Below are positions 43,727 through 56,100 of a stretch of DNA of 64,000 bases, in pieces. Source of the DNA: Amoeboaphelidium occidentale (Eukaryota). The notes under the pieces are model-generated. The model was not told the origin of the DNA and ran no database searches. It saw only the letters and a program-made list of their open reading frames with translations. The DNA lies in the NCBI GenBank assembly GCA_023515795.1, contig JALGPX010000001.1, forward strand, positions 124,001-188,000, written 5' to 3'. The first letter of the stretch is position 1. Every line of letters begins with the position of its first letter. Made by a program: the position numbers and the translations under genes.

Positions 43727-45609
43727 TTATTGTTCAATTAGGTCTCCAAACACTTTGAAGATGTCTCCCTTAACAAAATCATTGTCCACAATGTTCACCA
43801 AGTAATAGGAGTCAGCAATACCTTCTAACAATTTGGCTGGTTCAGAGTCCTTCTCGTACAATAAAGCCCATTCATTCCAGATTTGGAAAGCTTCATTCTT
43901 CCATGCCAAGAAACTGTTCTTTTCTACAATTGTTGGCTGAAGGATTTCTTTACCTGGGAAAACACCCCAAGTGACAGCATTCACAGTTTCAATTTCGCCA
44001 GAGACATTAGTCAACAAAGTTCCTTGTTTATCAACAGCATAATAAGTGAATGAAGGATAATTTTTTAGAGAATTGATTAAATCATTCATTGCTTTTGGAT
44101 GAACAAAGAATTCCAAGTAAGCCTTCTGGTAAACATAACCATTCTTTGGTCCCCAACCAAAAGTAGTGTCTTTAGATGGCAAACCATTAACAGCAGGCTG
44201 AGAGTTGACAGTCAAGAAACCTTGCTTGTTTAATTTGATAAGTTGATCCTTTATACAATCTGTTTCTGCAGACAAAGGCTGGTCACACCATGGTAAAGCT
44301 CTGATTTCTCCTTTACAATACTTTGAGAAAATTTCACAGACTTCCTCAGTTGTTTTAGGAGTGTCCCATAATTCAAGTGCTTCAGCTGGAGTGTACTTCA
44401 AAGAAATACCATAACCATCCAACTCACCATAAGCAGGAGATCTGCTATCACCCCATCTGCCGTTAGGGAATTCATCCCAAGCTTCAGTGCGCATAACATA
44501 AGTTCTTGTGCGATTCTTCCAGAAAATAGGTCTAACATTTTCTTTTGTACGATTCTTGGCCAGAGATGGTTGCCATGGTAAAGGTTTAGCAACTTCAATG
44601 TCAGCAACAAATTGTAAACCTTCCAAAATCAAACGAACACTCTTTTCCAAATTCAAAGTGTAAAAGTGGAAGCATCTGGTTCCGTGAGCCTTCAACTTGT
44701 TACACATTGCAATCGCGAGCTGAACACCATAATCCTTGACAGCCTGATCGTCGTCTTTAATTGGCTCAAGGGCCTTCCATATTTCAGGAGGCACATAAGT
44801 CTTGCACAGTGTAGTCATTCTCTTGAAACCACCATAACTCTGGATAGGCATGATACCAGGCAAAATAGGAACATTAATTCCAATGGATCTACACTTCTCG
44901 ACCCACCTTAAATACAACTCCGTGTCATAAAACAACTGAGTAACAATGTAATCAGCACCAGCATCAACCTTCTCCTTCAAAAACAGCAAATCAGCTTCCT
45001 TGTCTGGATTGTCAAGGTGACCTTCAGGATAACCAGCAACGGACACACAAAAATAATCGCCATACTCTGCGCGAATGTACTTGACCAAATCAACCGCATT
45101 AGAGAAGCCAGAGTCACACTGAACCCACTCAGTTTGACCACGAGGAGGATCTACACACAGTAGAAGTTAGACATTCAGACAAGCAATATTAAACTAACCC
45201 CCTCTTAACGCCAAAATGTTCTGAATACCTGCATCCTTTGCTTCCTTCAGCGCCAAATCGATCTTTTCCTTTGGCATATTTGTGCAGGTCAAATGCATAC
45301 AAGTTTCCAAGCCATAAACGTTCTGAGCAGTCGAGCAAATCTCCATCGTCAACTCGCTGGTTGTTCCACCAGCACCCCACGTGACGTCGATGAATTCAGG
45401 GCCCAGTGTGTACATTCTAAACAAGTTAATCGAGAGGTCTAAGCCATTTACCGTTCCAGACGATCAAACAAGTTTTGCACACCCTAAAGAGTTCAGCTTA
45501 GCGGTAAAGTTGGTGCGATTACCTGTGCGGTTTTCGGTGGGAAATATTCAAACGACCATCCGCAGCGGTCTTCATTTATTGCAGTGTTAATTTTGTCAAT
45601 GATTTTCAT
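43727..45609 (-). CDS. MET13: Methylenetetrahydrofolate reductase
   Basis: 'SFEYFPPKT', '[10 protein letters not shown]', 'LALRG|DPP', 'VAGYPEGH', '[18 protein letters not shown]'. Introns 45484-45522, 45417-45451, 45151-45198. Confidence 0.96.
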
Positions 45610-45695
45610 GTCGTCGAGCAAACACAACAGCGACAATCTGATTGTGTCACAACAGGAATTCACAGCGAAACGCGATTCGGCGAATAGAAATCGCT

Positions 45696-46949
45696 TCAAG
45701 GCAAGCGCTCAGCTGACGTTCCTGGTGAGTTTGTGCTGCTTTTACTTTTGCTTGGAGGTGCGTTGATGTCAAGTAAACCCATCGCTTCAGCATTTGTCAG
45801 GATGTTGTTTGGTGATACCGATGCTGGTCTTACATCTAAAGGTGCACTACCCAATGTTTCAAAAATATTTGCCAATATATCATCTGTAATGTCAGCAGTT
45901 AATGGAATATCTGCTCCTTCCTCGCCTGCGACATACGACCTATTAAGCATGGCTTGTCGTTCTGGTATGATTCTTGAATGGTGTCGTTCCTGTTTACCAT
46001 CTTCAACTACAAAAGAAGCTACTCGGTCCAAATAAGCATTGTCATTTTTTGTGGGTGATTTTGAAGCTGGAAATTTGAAAGTATCAAGAAGTTCTTGTTG
46101 TCTACGGAACTCTTCTTCTGTGATTTCGATACCCTGCGCTCTAATGCTATCCAACATTTTTCTTTCTTCTTCACTTAGTACACTTTGATTCTTCTGCGGC
46201 GCAACATGCTTTACTGGGACGTGAACGGACTGTCTAGCCGGTTTTGGGTTACTTGAGTGTCGTTTAGAGTATGATGAATCGCGCGCATGAGAATCTCTGT
46301 GAGAGTGTCTTTTGCTTTCATGCTTTTGTGGACTATTCAAAGCATCATTAGAACTCAAATTACTTGAAGCTCTGTTCAAACTCATCTGTGACTCTCTGAC
46401 CTTTGATTTGTTATGACTCTTGCTTGACTTCTTCTTCTGATGCTGTTTACGTCTCATTAAATCGTAATCAGGAGTAGTAGCAGCAGCGGGACGATTGTAC
46501 AATACGGAGCGATCAATCTGAATACCTCTAGGATCTTTCCAATCTTTTGGTTGAGGTATAATTTCATAAGCCTTCTCCAAACCTAGCAAACTTCTCCTGT
46601 ATTTTTGCCTTCTCCTGCAAAAGTACATACATAACAAGGTATTAGCCATTATAAGGAGAATCGTAAAAGACACCAATAATATTTGTGTGTTGCCATCAGC
46701 CGTGTTCACTTTGAACCCTGCGACAAAGGCTGGATCAGGAACATTTGGAACTGTTTGTCTAAAAGTGATCTTCAGTCTAGTCTTGTAGGATTTTGAGCTA
46801 TTCGTGGATGACAATGTATCATAGTCTGTCATATAATCATAAGTGAAATCATCTATGTTACTCCTCCGAGTTGTAACAACCAGAGGTGTGGTTGTTGCTG
46901 ATGCTTCCGCTGTCGCAGTAATTGCGATTGCTACAAAGGTCGGTTTCAA
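45696..46949 (-). CDS. Single-pass membrane protein with low-complexity cytosolic tail, unknown function (5' end unresolved)
   Basis: 417-codon open frame; TM 'ILLVSFTILLIMANTLLCMYFC' followed by RRRQK. Confidence 0.55.
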   Translation of the reverse strand: MKPTFVAIAITATAEASATTTPLVVTTRRSNIDDFTYDYMTDYDTLSSTNSSKSYKTRLKITFRQTVPNVPDPAFVAGFKVNTADGNTQILLVSFTILLIMANTLLCMYFCRRRQKYRRSLLGLEKAYEIIPQPKDWKDPRGIQIDRSVLYNRPAAATTPDYDLMRRKQHQKKKSSKSHNKSKVRESQMSLNRASSNLSSNDALNSPQKHESKRHSHRDSHARDSSYSKRHSSNPKPARQSVHVPVKHVAPQKNQSVLSEEERKMLDSIRAQGIEITEEEFRRQQELLDTFKFPASKSPTKNDNAYLDRVASFVVEDGKQERHHSRIIPERQAMLNRSYVAGEEGADIPLTADITDDILANIFETLGSAPLDVRPASVSPNNILTNAEAMGLLDINAPPSKSKSSTNSPGTSAERLP

Positions 46950-47098
46950 CTATTCCAAATGATCTACCTGTCTCTAATAGTAAGCATGTAAGCAATATAA
47001 GAACGCTAACGGGACGATACATGGCGGTTTGCGAAAATCAATATATTTATATATACACCAAGACGATCGAATGAATTTACCACTAACAAGCAGCAAAC

Positions 47099-48334
47099 TC
47101 ATTCTGATTTTGTGTCGGAATAATCAATGTACTCAAAGCTTTCTTCTTTTGTCGGTCCTCTGTGCTTTAATTTACTTTTGCCAATGGTGTTATCTTTTGA
47201 TTTCCCTTCATTGAATCCCAACGCGTTGTCAAGGTGAATTTCTTCAATGTATGCGTCTGTGTGGCGTTCATTAATGGGAGTAACATCAGCATAAGTAATA
47301 TCCTCTTTCTTTTCCGATAAATTCGGTGCAATCGAATAAGCAACAGCTGTTGTAACCCAAGATAGCAATCCAGGCAATAATGTGGATTTTGGTGATGGCA
47401 AAACATCCTTGAATGTGTCAACGGTAGCAACTGAAATAGTCGAAGTCCTGCGATCATCCCCAGGATCAATGGTAGTCTGTGGTCTTGTGCCAGGAATAGA
47501 CGGAGGGATTATTTCTTCGGGTATTCTTAAGCTTTCTTGATATTTAGCGTACAATTTCGAAGCTTTCTCTGATAGAATCTCAAATAAGGTTCTAACAGAC
47601 TGATTACCTCCACCATTGCCGTCTGGACCTAATGATCTATCACCAGGCAGAGGTTGCAGTTCAACATGAGCCGCAGCTAATAATCTATCAATAACACGAT
47701 AGTACTGAATCGCAGGCCAAAAGATCAAACCATAAGCAACGATATAACACAAAGCAACTTCAGGAAACAATAACAATATCGCCTGTAATAAACAATACAA
47801 AATAAATCCTGTTAGCGCGTACAATCCCAAATTATGCGAGCGCAGTGCAATGAAATTAGACTTGAAAGCGTAAAAGTAAAACTCAAAAGTCGCCAAGCGA
47901 ACACATAGCGCATTGAAGTCAACCAGAGCACTCGCAGGCAAAGAGTTACGCTGATCATATCTTATCGCTGAATTGAACCTTCCGACAAGATCCGTGCGCC
48001 TCCAATACTGACTAATTGTAAGAATATCGTAAATGAAGTAAATAAAGCCAAGATTCAACAGTAAACTCAGCCACTGCGCTTTGATGAATAACGTGAAGCC
48101 ATAAGAGTACAGCCCAATAAAAAGCAACGCAATCACCGGTTTCTTGCCAAGCAGAATGGAAACGTAAAAGTTTGTGATCATTTCTCTGTGTTGCGCCAAT
48201 TGGCTTCCGTAATACACAGAGCGCTCATTTATCCACTTTTCCTTCAACGCAGCGTCTCTTTCAGAACTGTTCAGTCCGTTAGTGGTCGGCTCTGGTGCAG
48301 AATTGTTTGTGGTACCAAAGAATGATGAAAACAT
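47099..48334 (-). CDS. Reticulon-like membrane protein with C-terminal LIR (FAM134/RETREG-like ER-phagy receptor candidate)
   Basis: Two hydrophobic hairpins separated by a hydrophilic linker; disordered tail ending 'EESFEYIDYSDT'. Confidence 0.55.
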   Translation of the reverse strand: MFSSFFGTTNNSAPEPTTNGLNSSERDAALKEKWINERSVYYGSQLAQHREMITNFYVSILLGKKPVIALLFIGLYSYGFTLFIKAQWLSLLLNLGFIYFIYDILTISQYWRRTDLVGRFNSAIRYDQRNSLPASALVDFNALCVRLATFEFYFYAFKSNFIALRSHNLGLYALTGFILYCLLQAILLLFPEVALCYIVAYGLIFWPAIQYYRVIDRLLAAAHVELQPLPGDRSLGPDGNGGGNQSVRTLFEILSEKASKLYAKYQESLRIPEEIIPPSIPGTRPQTTIDPGDDRRTSTISVATVDTFKDVLPSPKSTLLPGLLSWVTTAVAYSIAPNLSEKKEDITYADVTPINERHTDAYIEEIHLDNALGFNEGKSKDNTIGKSKLKHRGPTKEESFEYIDYSDTKSE

Positions 48335-48403
48335 CTCAAGGAAATGATGAAACTCTCGAATCACGAAGTCACGCGACACTTTCAAGCTGTTCTATTGGAA
48401 GCT

Positions 48404-49270
48404 TTATTCTGGTTTGGGCTTTTTCGGAAAGAACTTTGTAATTTTCTGTTCTCCTTTTTCAGGCTTACGTTTCTTTGAAGGGGTGGTCGCTGGTTGCTCT
48501 TTGTAGTTATGCTCTGATCTTTTCACACATTCTTCTGAATCATTCTTGATACTTGAAACAGCCTTCCCAACAGGTCGAACTATGACAGTATTAGACAAAT
48601 CCTTTTCTTTAGTATCCATAGCATCTTCAAATTGATATTTCACTCTTTGATCGTAATCTTCAATTAAATGCTTCACTTGATCATAAGTCTTCTCAGCATT
48701 TAACCATTCATTTCTGCTCTTTTCATCCAATAACAGCAGAGGCATGCGATCATGAATAGAAGCCATCACAGAATGGTTCTTTGAATCCGTTGTGATCAGA
48801 GCGTATGAGTCGATCTGTTCTGTTTCATCAGACTTGTTCTTCCAAGTATTACAAAAGGCAGCAACATACATTAGCTCATCTTTCTTGGCCAAAGTAAAAT
48901 AGAATGGGAACTTGTTCTTTCCTACAGATCGCCACTCGTAGAATCCCTGACAGAGCACAATGCATCTCTGTTTGTCCTTTAGAGGTCTGTAAAGAGGTTT
49001 TGTCTCTACGGAATCATCCCTGCAATTGATCGTCAATGCTTTTCCATCTTTTGACCACGAAGGTATTAATCCCCACTTCTACCAACAGATTAAAGTATGA
49101 TCAAATGTTACCATTGTCTGAAGGACATGATCTTTAGTGATGATCGGCTGGTGCTTCATTGGGGTCACATTAAAAGACTTCCTGTAACGTTCCTTGTGTA
49201 TCCATTTAGTGATTTTGGTCTTTTGCTGAACCTCCTCTGGCTCAATGTACATCGCAGTGCGTCCACACAT
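48404..49270 (-). CDS. HMCES: SRAP-domain abasic-site protein (HMCES)
   Basis: N-terminal MCGR, 'M|KWGLIPSW' (intron 49079-49111), 'RCIVLCQGFYEW', 'IHDRMP', C-terminal PIP-like 'QKITKFF'. Confidence 0.93.
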
Positions 49271-49400
49271 TTATGAGACGAAATTTAAAGTTTCAACAGA
49301 AATCTCTTTGATATTTCACGTAATTCTATGCGGCGCAGTCTTATCTGAAGAAGTATCATGTGAACACAATCTGTTTCGTTTCCTCTAAACAAGTTTCGTA

Positions 49401-50322
49401 ATGCTGAAAAACAAGGTCATTTTCATTACAGGTGCCAGCAGAGGTATCGGAAAAGCAATTGCATTGAGGTAATTCTGAAACGAAACTTTATACCCTTCTT
49501 ACCTCCATTAGATGTGCAAGGGACGGAGCAAAGATTGTTGTCGCTGCAAAGACTGCTGAACCACATCCAAAGTTGCCTGGAACAATTTACACTGCTGCTG
49601 AAGAAATCGAAAAAGCTGGTGGTAAAGCCCTTCCAATTACCTGCGACATTCGGGATGAAGAGGCTGTTATAAAGGCAATCCAGAAGACAGTTGATCATTT
49701 TGGTGGTATCGACATTGTGATTAATAATGCCTCTGCTATTAATTTGACTGATACTGAGAGCACTTCAATGAAGAGATACGATTTAATGCATCAGGTCAAT
49801 GCTCGTGGAACGTATGTTGTTACAAAGCACGCTGTGAAACATTTGAAGAAGGCCAAGAATCCTCATGTTCTTGTTTTATCTCCGCCTCTAAGTTATGAGT
49901 CTCGTTGGTTTGAACCTCATGTTGCTTACACTATGGCAAAGTTTGGTATGTCCATGTGTGTATCTGGTTGGGCTGGGGAGTTCAGGAGTGATGGTGTCGC
50001 AGTCAATGCTTTGTGGCCACGAACTGCTATTGATACTGCTGCAATGCAAATGATTCCTGGCGCAGAAGATACTTCAAAGTTCAGAAAAGTTGAGATTATG
50101 GCTGATGCTGCATATGCTATTCTGTGTCAAGATTCAAAGTCTTACACTGGAAACTTTTGTATTGACGACGAAGTGATTTTGTCGCAAGGTATCAAGAATT
50201 TGGATGTTTACTCAGTTGTGCCTGGAACAAAAGATTTCTTTCCTGATTTCTTTATTCCAGATAATTACAAGTTCAAGCTTCCTCCATTGAAAGTTCTGAA
50301 AGGGCCAACATCAAAGTTGTAA
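49401..50322 (+). CDS. HSDL2: HSDL2-like short-chain dehydrogenase with PTS1
   Basis: 'FITGASRGIGKAIALR|CARDGA...AKTAEPHPKLPGTIY', 'YTMAKFGMS', ends SKL*. Intron 49469-49511. Confidence 0.9.
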
Positions 50323-50366
50323 ATCGAAGAATATAAGGGTCATTCTTTTGGTCACAGAGTCTTTAA

Positions 50367-50891
50367 TTATGCAGCACATGAGAATTGTGCACCAATTTGT
50401 CTGATGAAACCGTCGCGTATCCATACTTGGAAGCCCTGTAAGAAACAATCATCTCTGTCGCCAGCCATTCCATAAGGTCCTTCGCCAGCATCTTGACCAG
50501 CACATCTTATTCCACTTGCATCACAAATCTTGTCAATGTTATATCCTGAGCGAATTTGCAATGCTTTGAAACCTGCTGCACGGGCTGATAACAGAACTTT
50601 TGTCGTTGAACTTGCAGTATAATGCGTATTAACATCCACGCGTGAACCATCGCTGCACCACAATTCAATATCAGCTACAGGTCCACCATCAACAGTGATC
50701 AAAAGGTCTGTAACCAAAGTTCCATCTGGACATAGATGAGTTTCACCATCACGAACACCCCAACCTTCAGCTCTGTTTCTACCATACATATTTGTTTGAA
50801 CTATGCGCCGATTACTCAGATCCTTGTTGGTCCAGATGGTACATGAACATAAATATATCAAAGCATTGAAGAGTAGCACTTCAATGAGCAT
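50367..50891 (-). CDS. Small secreted Cys-containing protein, beta-prism (jacalin/VOMI-like) fold candidate
   Basis: Signal-like N-terminus; 'CPDGTLVTDLLIT...IELWCSDGS', 'LQIRSGYNIDKI', 'LQGFQV...IRQIG'. Confidence 0.5.
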   Translation of the reverse strand: MLIEVLLFNALIYLCSCTIWTNKDLSNRRIVQTNMYGRNRAEGWGVRDGETHLCPDGTLVTDLLITVDGGPVADIELWCSDGSRVDVNTHYTASSTTKVLLSARAAGFKALQIRSGYNIDKICDASGIRCAGQDAGEGPYGMAGDRDDCFLQGFQVWIRDGFIRQIGAQFSCAA

Positions 50892-51107
50892 TTTTCTGAA
50901 AATAATTTTGTCAAGATTCAAGTGAATCTAGGCGTCAAAAAATGAATCATGCACATCGAGATTCTATCGATTGTTTCCCAGGATACAGGGGTTTTTTTTG
51001 ACACAATTAAAAAGGAAGATTGTGGAATGATAATTAAATTTTAAGAAAAAAGAGAGCATGTTTTGGATCATTTCTGAATGAATAACGCTGTATCTTTCCA
51101 TAACAGG

Positions 51108-52007
51108 TCATGGGAGTTTGTCTGCTGTTTGGCTTCCACCTTGGTCATCATTGGTCTTGTCTTTGAGTTTAAGTGGTGGAAGCACGATCGGTCCCTCTTG
51201 CTTAGGCACAACGTAGTTTGGATGCGTGAGTGCTCCTTGAGACCGAAGTGACCAGTTTTGTAAGCTGTGGTTATTGAGATTCGACCCAGAAGCTGATATG
51301 TACTGTGGCATTGGTAGCATGTTCTGCTGGTAGGAGAAGTTTCCCGAAGTGTTCAATATAGGATATGGCATAGTGCCAGGAGGTTGAAGTGAATTATTCC
51401 GACGAAGCGAATCGTTAATTATTTGGTCGACGTGTGGGTTCGATGCAGAAACATTCAAACTTCCTTGAAAAGCGTATCCCGGATATAAAGAAGAATGATA
51501 TCCATATGGAGATCTTGAATTAAAAGGCGGTGATATTAAATAAGGCTGTGTTCCAGAAGAAGTGGCGACTGTTGTCATGGCGTGATCTGGAAGACGCAAA
51601 CTGTCTGATCGCCGACGCTGAGAATCAGTACTAGGATCTGATGCTCTTCTCTTTGAAGGGCCGAATGAGGCACCCGATGCGATGGAAATGTTGTGAGACG
51701 ACACACTATACCGATGTTGAGTCCTTGCCTGTGACGTCGTCATCGTCTGGTTGTTCTTCAATGGTCTTCCAAGCTTCTTTCGAGCTGCGTCAACACATTG
51801 TTCCGGAGGCAATCCTCTCCTTATGCATGCATCGCAAGGTCTTCCACCTGTGCAAGCAATATGCTTCCGTTTGCAGACAGCACATGCCACTTTGTTCTTT
51901 GGAATCGTCGGTTGATCGTCATATTTAATAGGATTTAGTTGGACCACTGATTTGGGCTCGTTAATGTGTGCATCTCCCTGTGTATTCAGTTTGTGGCCAG
52001 TGTCCAT
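51108..52007 (-). CDS. Zn(II)2Cys6 transcription factor
   Basis: 'ACAVCKRKHIACTGGRPCDACIRRGLPPEQC'. Confidence 0.9.
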   Translation of the reverse strand: MDTGHKLNTQGDAHINEPKSVVQLNPIKYDDQPTIPKNKVACAVCKRKHIACTGGRPCDACIRRGLPPEQCVDAARKKLGRPLKNNQTMTTSQARTQHRYSVSSHNISIASGASFGPSKRRASDPSTDSQRRRSDSLRLPDHAMTTVATSSGTQPYLISPPFNSRSPYGYHSSLYPGYAFQGSLNVSASNPHVDQIINDSLRRNNSLQPPGTMPYPILNTSGNFSYQQNMLPMPQYISASGSNLNNHSLQNWSLRSQGALTHPNYVVPKQEGPIVLPPLKLKDKTNDDQGGSQTADKLP

Positions 52008-52453
52008 ATGAACAACTCAAAAACGGTCAGCGATACTGAAAATTGTCGATCACTCAAATCCGCTAAAATTTAGTTTTGTGGATCGAAAATGCTCCCAATT
52101 GCGTCACGATAATTGAAATCTATCAAATGATCTCAATTAGAAATACTTCAGGTACACTCAATTTCTATCAGATTCTATGCAAGAGGGTTCACAAGTAATC
52201 ACTCCGATGATCACAAATAGACTGAAACAATATCGTCAAAAAGATCAAGGCTTGAAGATTTACTGAGCGAGATTTCATTAAATGTTTTGAGATTTATTGC
52301 TAATGTAGAATATTCTTAGGATTTGAAGACTATTGAAGTGTGCTCAAAGTGAGTATGGACAATGTCGAAGTGCTGCACCTTTGGTTGACCAATCACTGAA
52401 GAACACATGGGCTTTGCTACATGACGTGGCCCACAAACTTATTTCCCGAGAAG

Positions 52454-53055
52454 ATGGAAACGAATACTTCCAAAAGGGTTTGGGTGAGATTTGATAATAT
52501 TTGACTTGTTGAAGTTCTCGAAGATGAGTTTCAGGATGTCTTTGAACCGAAGGAAATTGTGCTGGAAAAGACGATGCTTGCGCTGAAAGATTACGACGTG
52601 GCAAGTTTTTACTTGCGCGGTCCAGATGGAAAGAAACTAGGAGAAGGGCTACCTTTAAACAAGCTTCCGGAATCATCCAAAGAAAATCCTCTGAAAGTGG
52701 ACATAGTTGGGAGAGATACAGGTTTGTTGTTTCATATATGGTATTAGCAAGTTAATTTCTAGTCTCTTACTTCCTGGTCAGGATTATTTTGTTCGTGGTC
52801 CCAGCGCTCACCTTTTTCGATTGGGCTGTGGGCTTTGCATCCGCGTAAGAGCCTTCTTTCATTGTCGCCTTCAATAACTTGGTTGCTTCACTCGTGATTT
52901 GGGGCTTGCTGTTTTCTACTAAAGCCCCACAGGACGCACAGATGTTACTTGATAATTTGGTTCACGTCATAGTTGACAAATGGGAACGATGGAGAAGAGC
53001 ACGACGGCAGACAGTCTCAGTTGAATTGGTTTCACTCGAAACGATTAACCCTTAA
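52454..53055 (+). pseudogene. Crinkler-type ubiquitin-like header plus hydrophobic tail, with in-frame stops
   Basis: Reads METNTSKRVWVRFDNI*LVEVLEDEFQDVFEPKEIVLEK...LKDYDVASFYLR...SKENPLKV, then intron 52722-52762, then ...FASA*EPSF...INP*. Confidence 0.4.
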
Positions 53056-53176
53056 ATGCTGTTAGTCGGAATTATTTGGGCTGAGCACCACTATCATTTT
53101 ATCTGGTTCAGAATAAATCTTACTATCAACAATGCTGTTCAACCATCCCTTGAAAAGCCAGATAATCTCATTATCA

Positions 53177-56100
53177 TTATATATTTCCGAAGGCAGTTCC
53201 CTCTAGACCTCTGCTTTTAATTGATACATCTTTGAGTATTTCCTTCAGTCGCTTTGTATTTCTTGTTGAAAATACCTGTCTCATGAATGATTCTTTCAAA
53301 GCAGGTGTCAAATATTTCCATCTATCGCCCTGTAAACTATGCAATGCTTCCTTCAGCCAAAGTCTAAACTTATCGGTGAAACTGAACAATAGTCGGATGA
53401 AAACATCGGTTATAAAACTCAATCCGCTTCTAGGAGTTCCATACAATAATCCTTGAACGATTACGAGCACTAGACTTTGACCTATGGGAGTAATGTAGTG
53501 TTCTATAGTGTCTTTGTACGATGATGTTGAATTGCTAATTGATGTAATGTCTTTTGCACTCAGCAGATTCACCCAGAATTGTGTGCAAACACGGAATGCA
53601 ACACTATGCTGTACTCGGAGCCCCGATGTTGCAAATATGAGGATATCAGTCAGAGAATCGTGGCCATTAGGTCTCTGATAAGTTTGTAAAACAATGTTTG
53701 GTGCAAATTTAAGGTACTAAAGAATCACATCAAAACAAAACAACGACTTACATTGCTCAATAGTATGAATAAAGACTCTGTAACATCAGGCTGATTATCC
53801 ATGAACAGATGCAGATTTGAGCCATTCTCAAAATCCAGATGCCGAAAAATGAACTCGGTAAACTGTTGGAACATCGAAGTTAATAGTTGATTCAACTCGT
53901 TGCATACTAAGAAGGTTTCAGAATCAAAAAATGGGAACTTCAGCAGTAAAGAATGTTCATCGTACAGAGCAGAGTAATAAGCGGCTGATCCAAAAGTAAT
54001 AACAATGTTTGATGCGGCATCAATCCAATTCGCTTTGGTGCTGCGTTCAAAGTTACGAGCCAATAAGCTTGAAACAGCAATGAGATATTGTTTTGTAAAG
54101 TCAGTTTTGATGAAAATATTGCCGATACGGCCATCGACAGGCAAACCTGATGCGACATTGAAGCAACTAGTGAGCGCCTCAATGACATTCTGCAGCTGCA
54201 ATGCTATGTCGTCGGTTAAATCTGGAATAGTTGCACAGAGCTGCTCTATCAAAGGCCAAAGAATAGATAAAACTTCTGAAAAGGTGGACAAGAAGGTAAG
54301 CTGAGCATTTCGATCAACAGGAATCGTATTTCCGCTCTCACAATCTTCATCAATAATTTGCATTCCTCTAAACACCGCTGCAAAGCAACTGATCTCTGAA
54401 AGACATTGAAGAATTGCATTTTGAGAAATAAATCCTTTCAGCCTGTTGCATACATATTCAGAAAGCTTCATGAAAGGTTTACGCTGTACTTCTGGGCTTA
54501 AAGCTTGCAATATTTGACCAATGCTTTCTGCGAATGTAATCCTATTTTCCGGCTAAAATTTAGAAAAGAAGATAAGAACTTACCGTTAATTGATCAACAC
54601 TCGGGCTAAGAAATAAATCCACGAATGCATCGACCTGTGTCGATAAATGTGTTTTGCAAGAATCACAAATCAATCTGAATGAGCGAAAGGAAGCAGCGGC
54701 AACATCAGTTCCATCTCTTGACTTCTCAGCAAAGAATGGAACAAGAAATGACACAGAGGGCATTATGTAAGAGGATGCTTGACTTTGCATCCATGGAGCA
54801 TAAGTACCCAAAAACAATATGACTGCTTGTTTCAATTGAAGGGATGTTACACTCGCCAAATTGCATTTCGTGAATACAAATTCAAACAAGAAATTTAAAT
54901 GCTGCGAGCATGCATTTGTGCTTGTATCGACAGCTTCAGATACTGAGCGGCAACAGAAGAAAGCACTCTCTAAAGCCTCCAAAGGAAGAGTTTGATCCTG
55001 TAAGCCTTGAATAAACACATTAAAGAGATCATTATTAATAACATAATAACAAGATATTAAAGTATCACCAATGTCTCTTCGAAACGTTTTGAATCGTGAG
55101 CGAGTTTCAGAAGACCAAGATTTTAGCTCATTTTCTGGCGGATATGTAGCTTTCCTCCATAAGACTTGTGTTAGATTCAAGTATAATCCTTTAGCCTTTT
55201 GCTTAACCGATGATGCGGATAAAGGATCTAACCCACTACCGCTATGGGTCATTCCCGGTATTTCCAGCGATGAGTTAGAATCATTTGTTTTCAAGGAATC
55301 AAACGACATCTGACTCTCTAAAGGTGGCGAACTTTCGACAGGAAAGCAGGCATCATCAATAGTTTCCTGCAAGTTGTACCAAAAATTCAAAACCGTATCA
55401 CTAATTTCCTCGTCCGTCCCATAATATCCTGGAAAATTGGTGCACTTTAATAAAACATCAAGCAGCCCTGTTATATGAGGATGATCAAAATTCTTTACAA
55501 TATAGCTAGTGAATGTCTCTCCGAAAGCAACCATCAATCTGCAGTATGGATCCAGAAATGTCTCATCATTTTCCTGATAAGCCTTCTCGAAATTTGGAGT
55601 CATTGTTCCTGTTGTTAAACGTCCCAGAAGACCATTGCAAAGTGATTTCTCAAAATGAATACTCTGCTTGTGCCCAATAAGTTCAATTAAAATCTCTACG
55701 GCTTCTTCGTAACAGCTTGGATCATCCAGTAACGCCAAAGTAGCAGATATCGTATCGCTGAACACGCGAACCGGAACACCCAAATGTATCCAACTTTGAA
55801 CGCATTTTGCCGCAGAACGTCTAGTTTCAACTGAAGGCGACGAAAGTGAAGCCTGTAAAAACGATAAAACTAACTGTGAGCTTGAAACCAATTCTGAGTG
55901 AAACTTTGCGACTCTATCGGATGGCAAATCAGCTCTGTTTGCTTCTTCAGGCAAAAGCCGTAATGTTTCCAGTAGAACAGATTCAATTTCTGCGTCCCCC
56001 GATGGATTTAAATGTGTTGTGAATAGAGAGTCAATAAAATTAGGCCAATGGTCCGGCACCAGTTTGATGGACAAGTAAACCAGCACCAAAGCAAGTTTCC

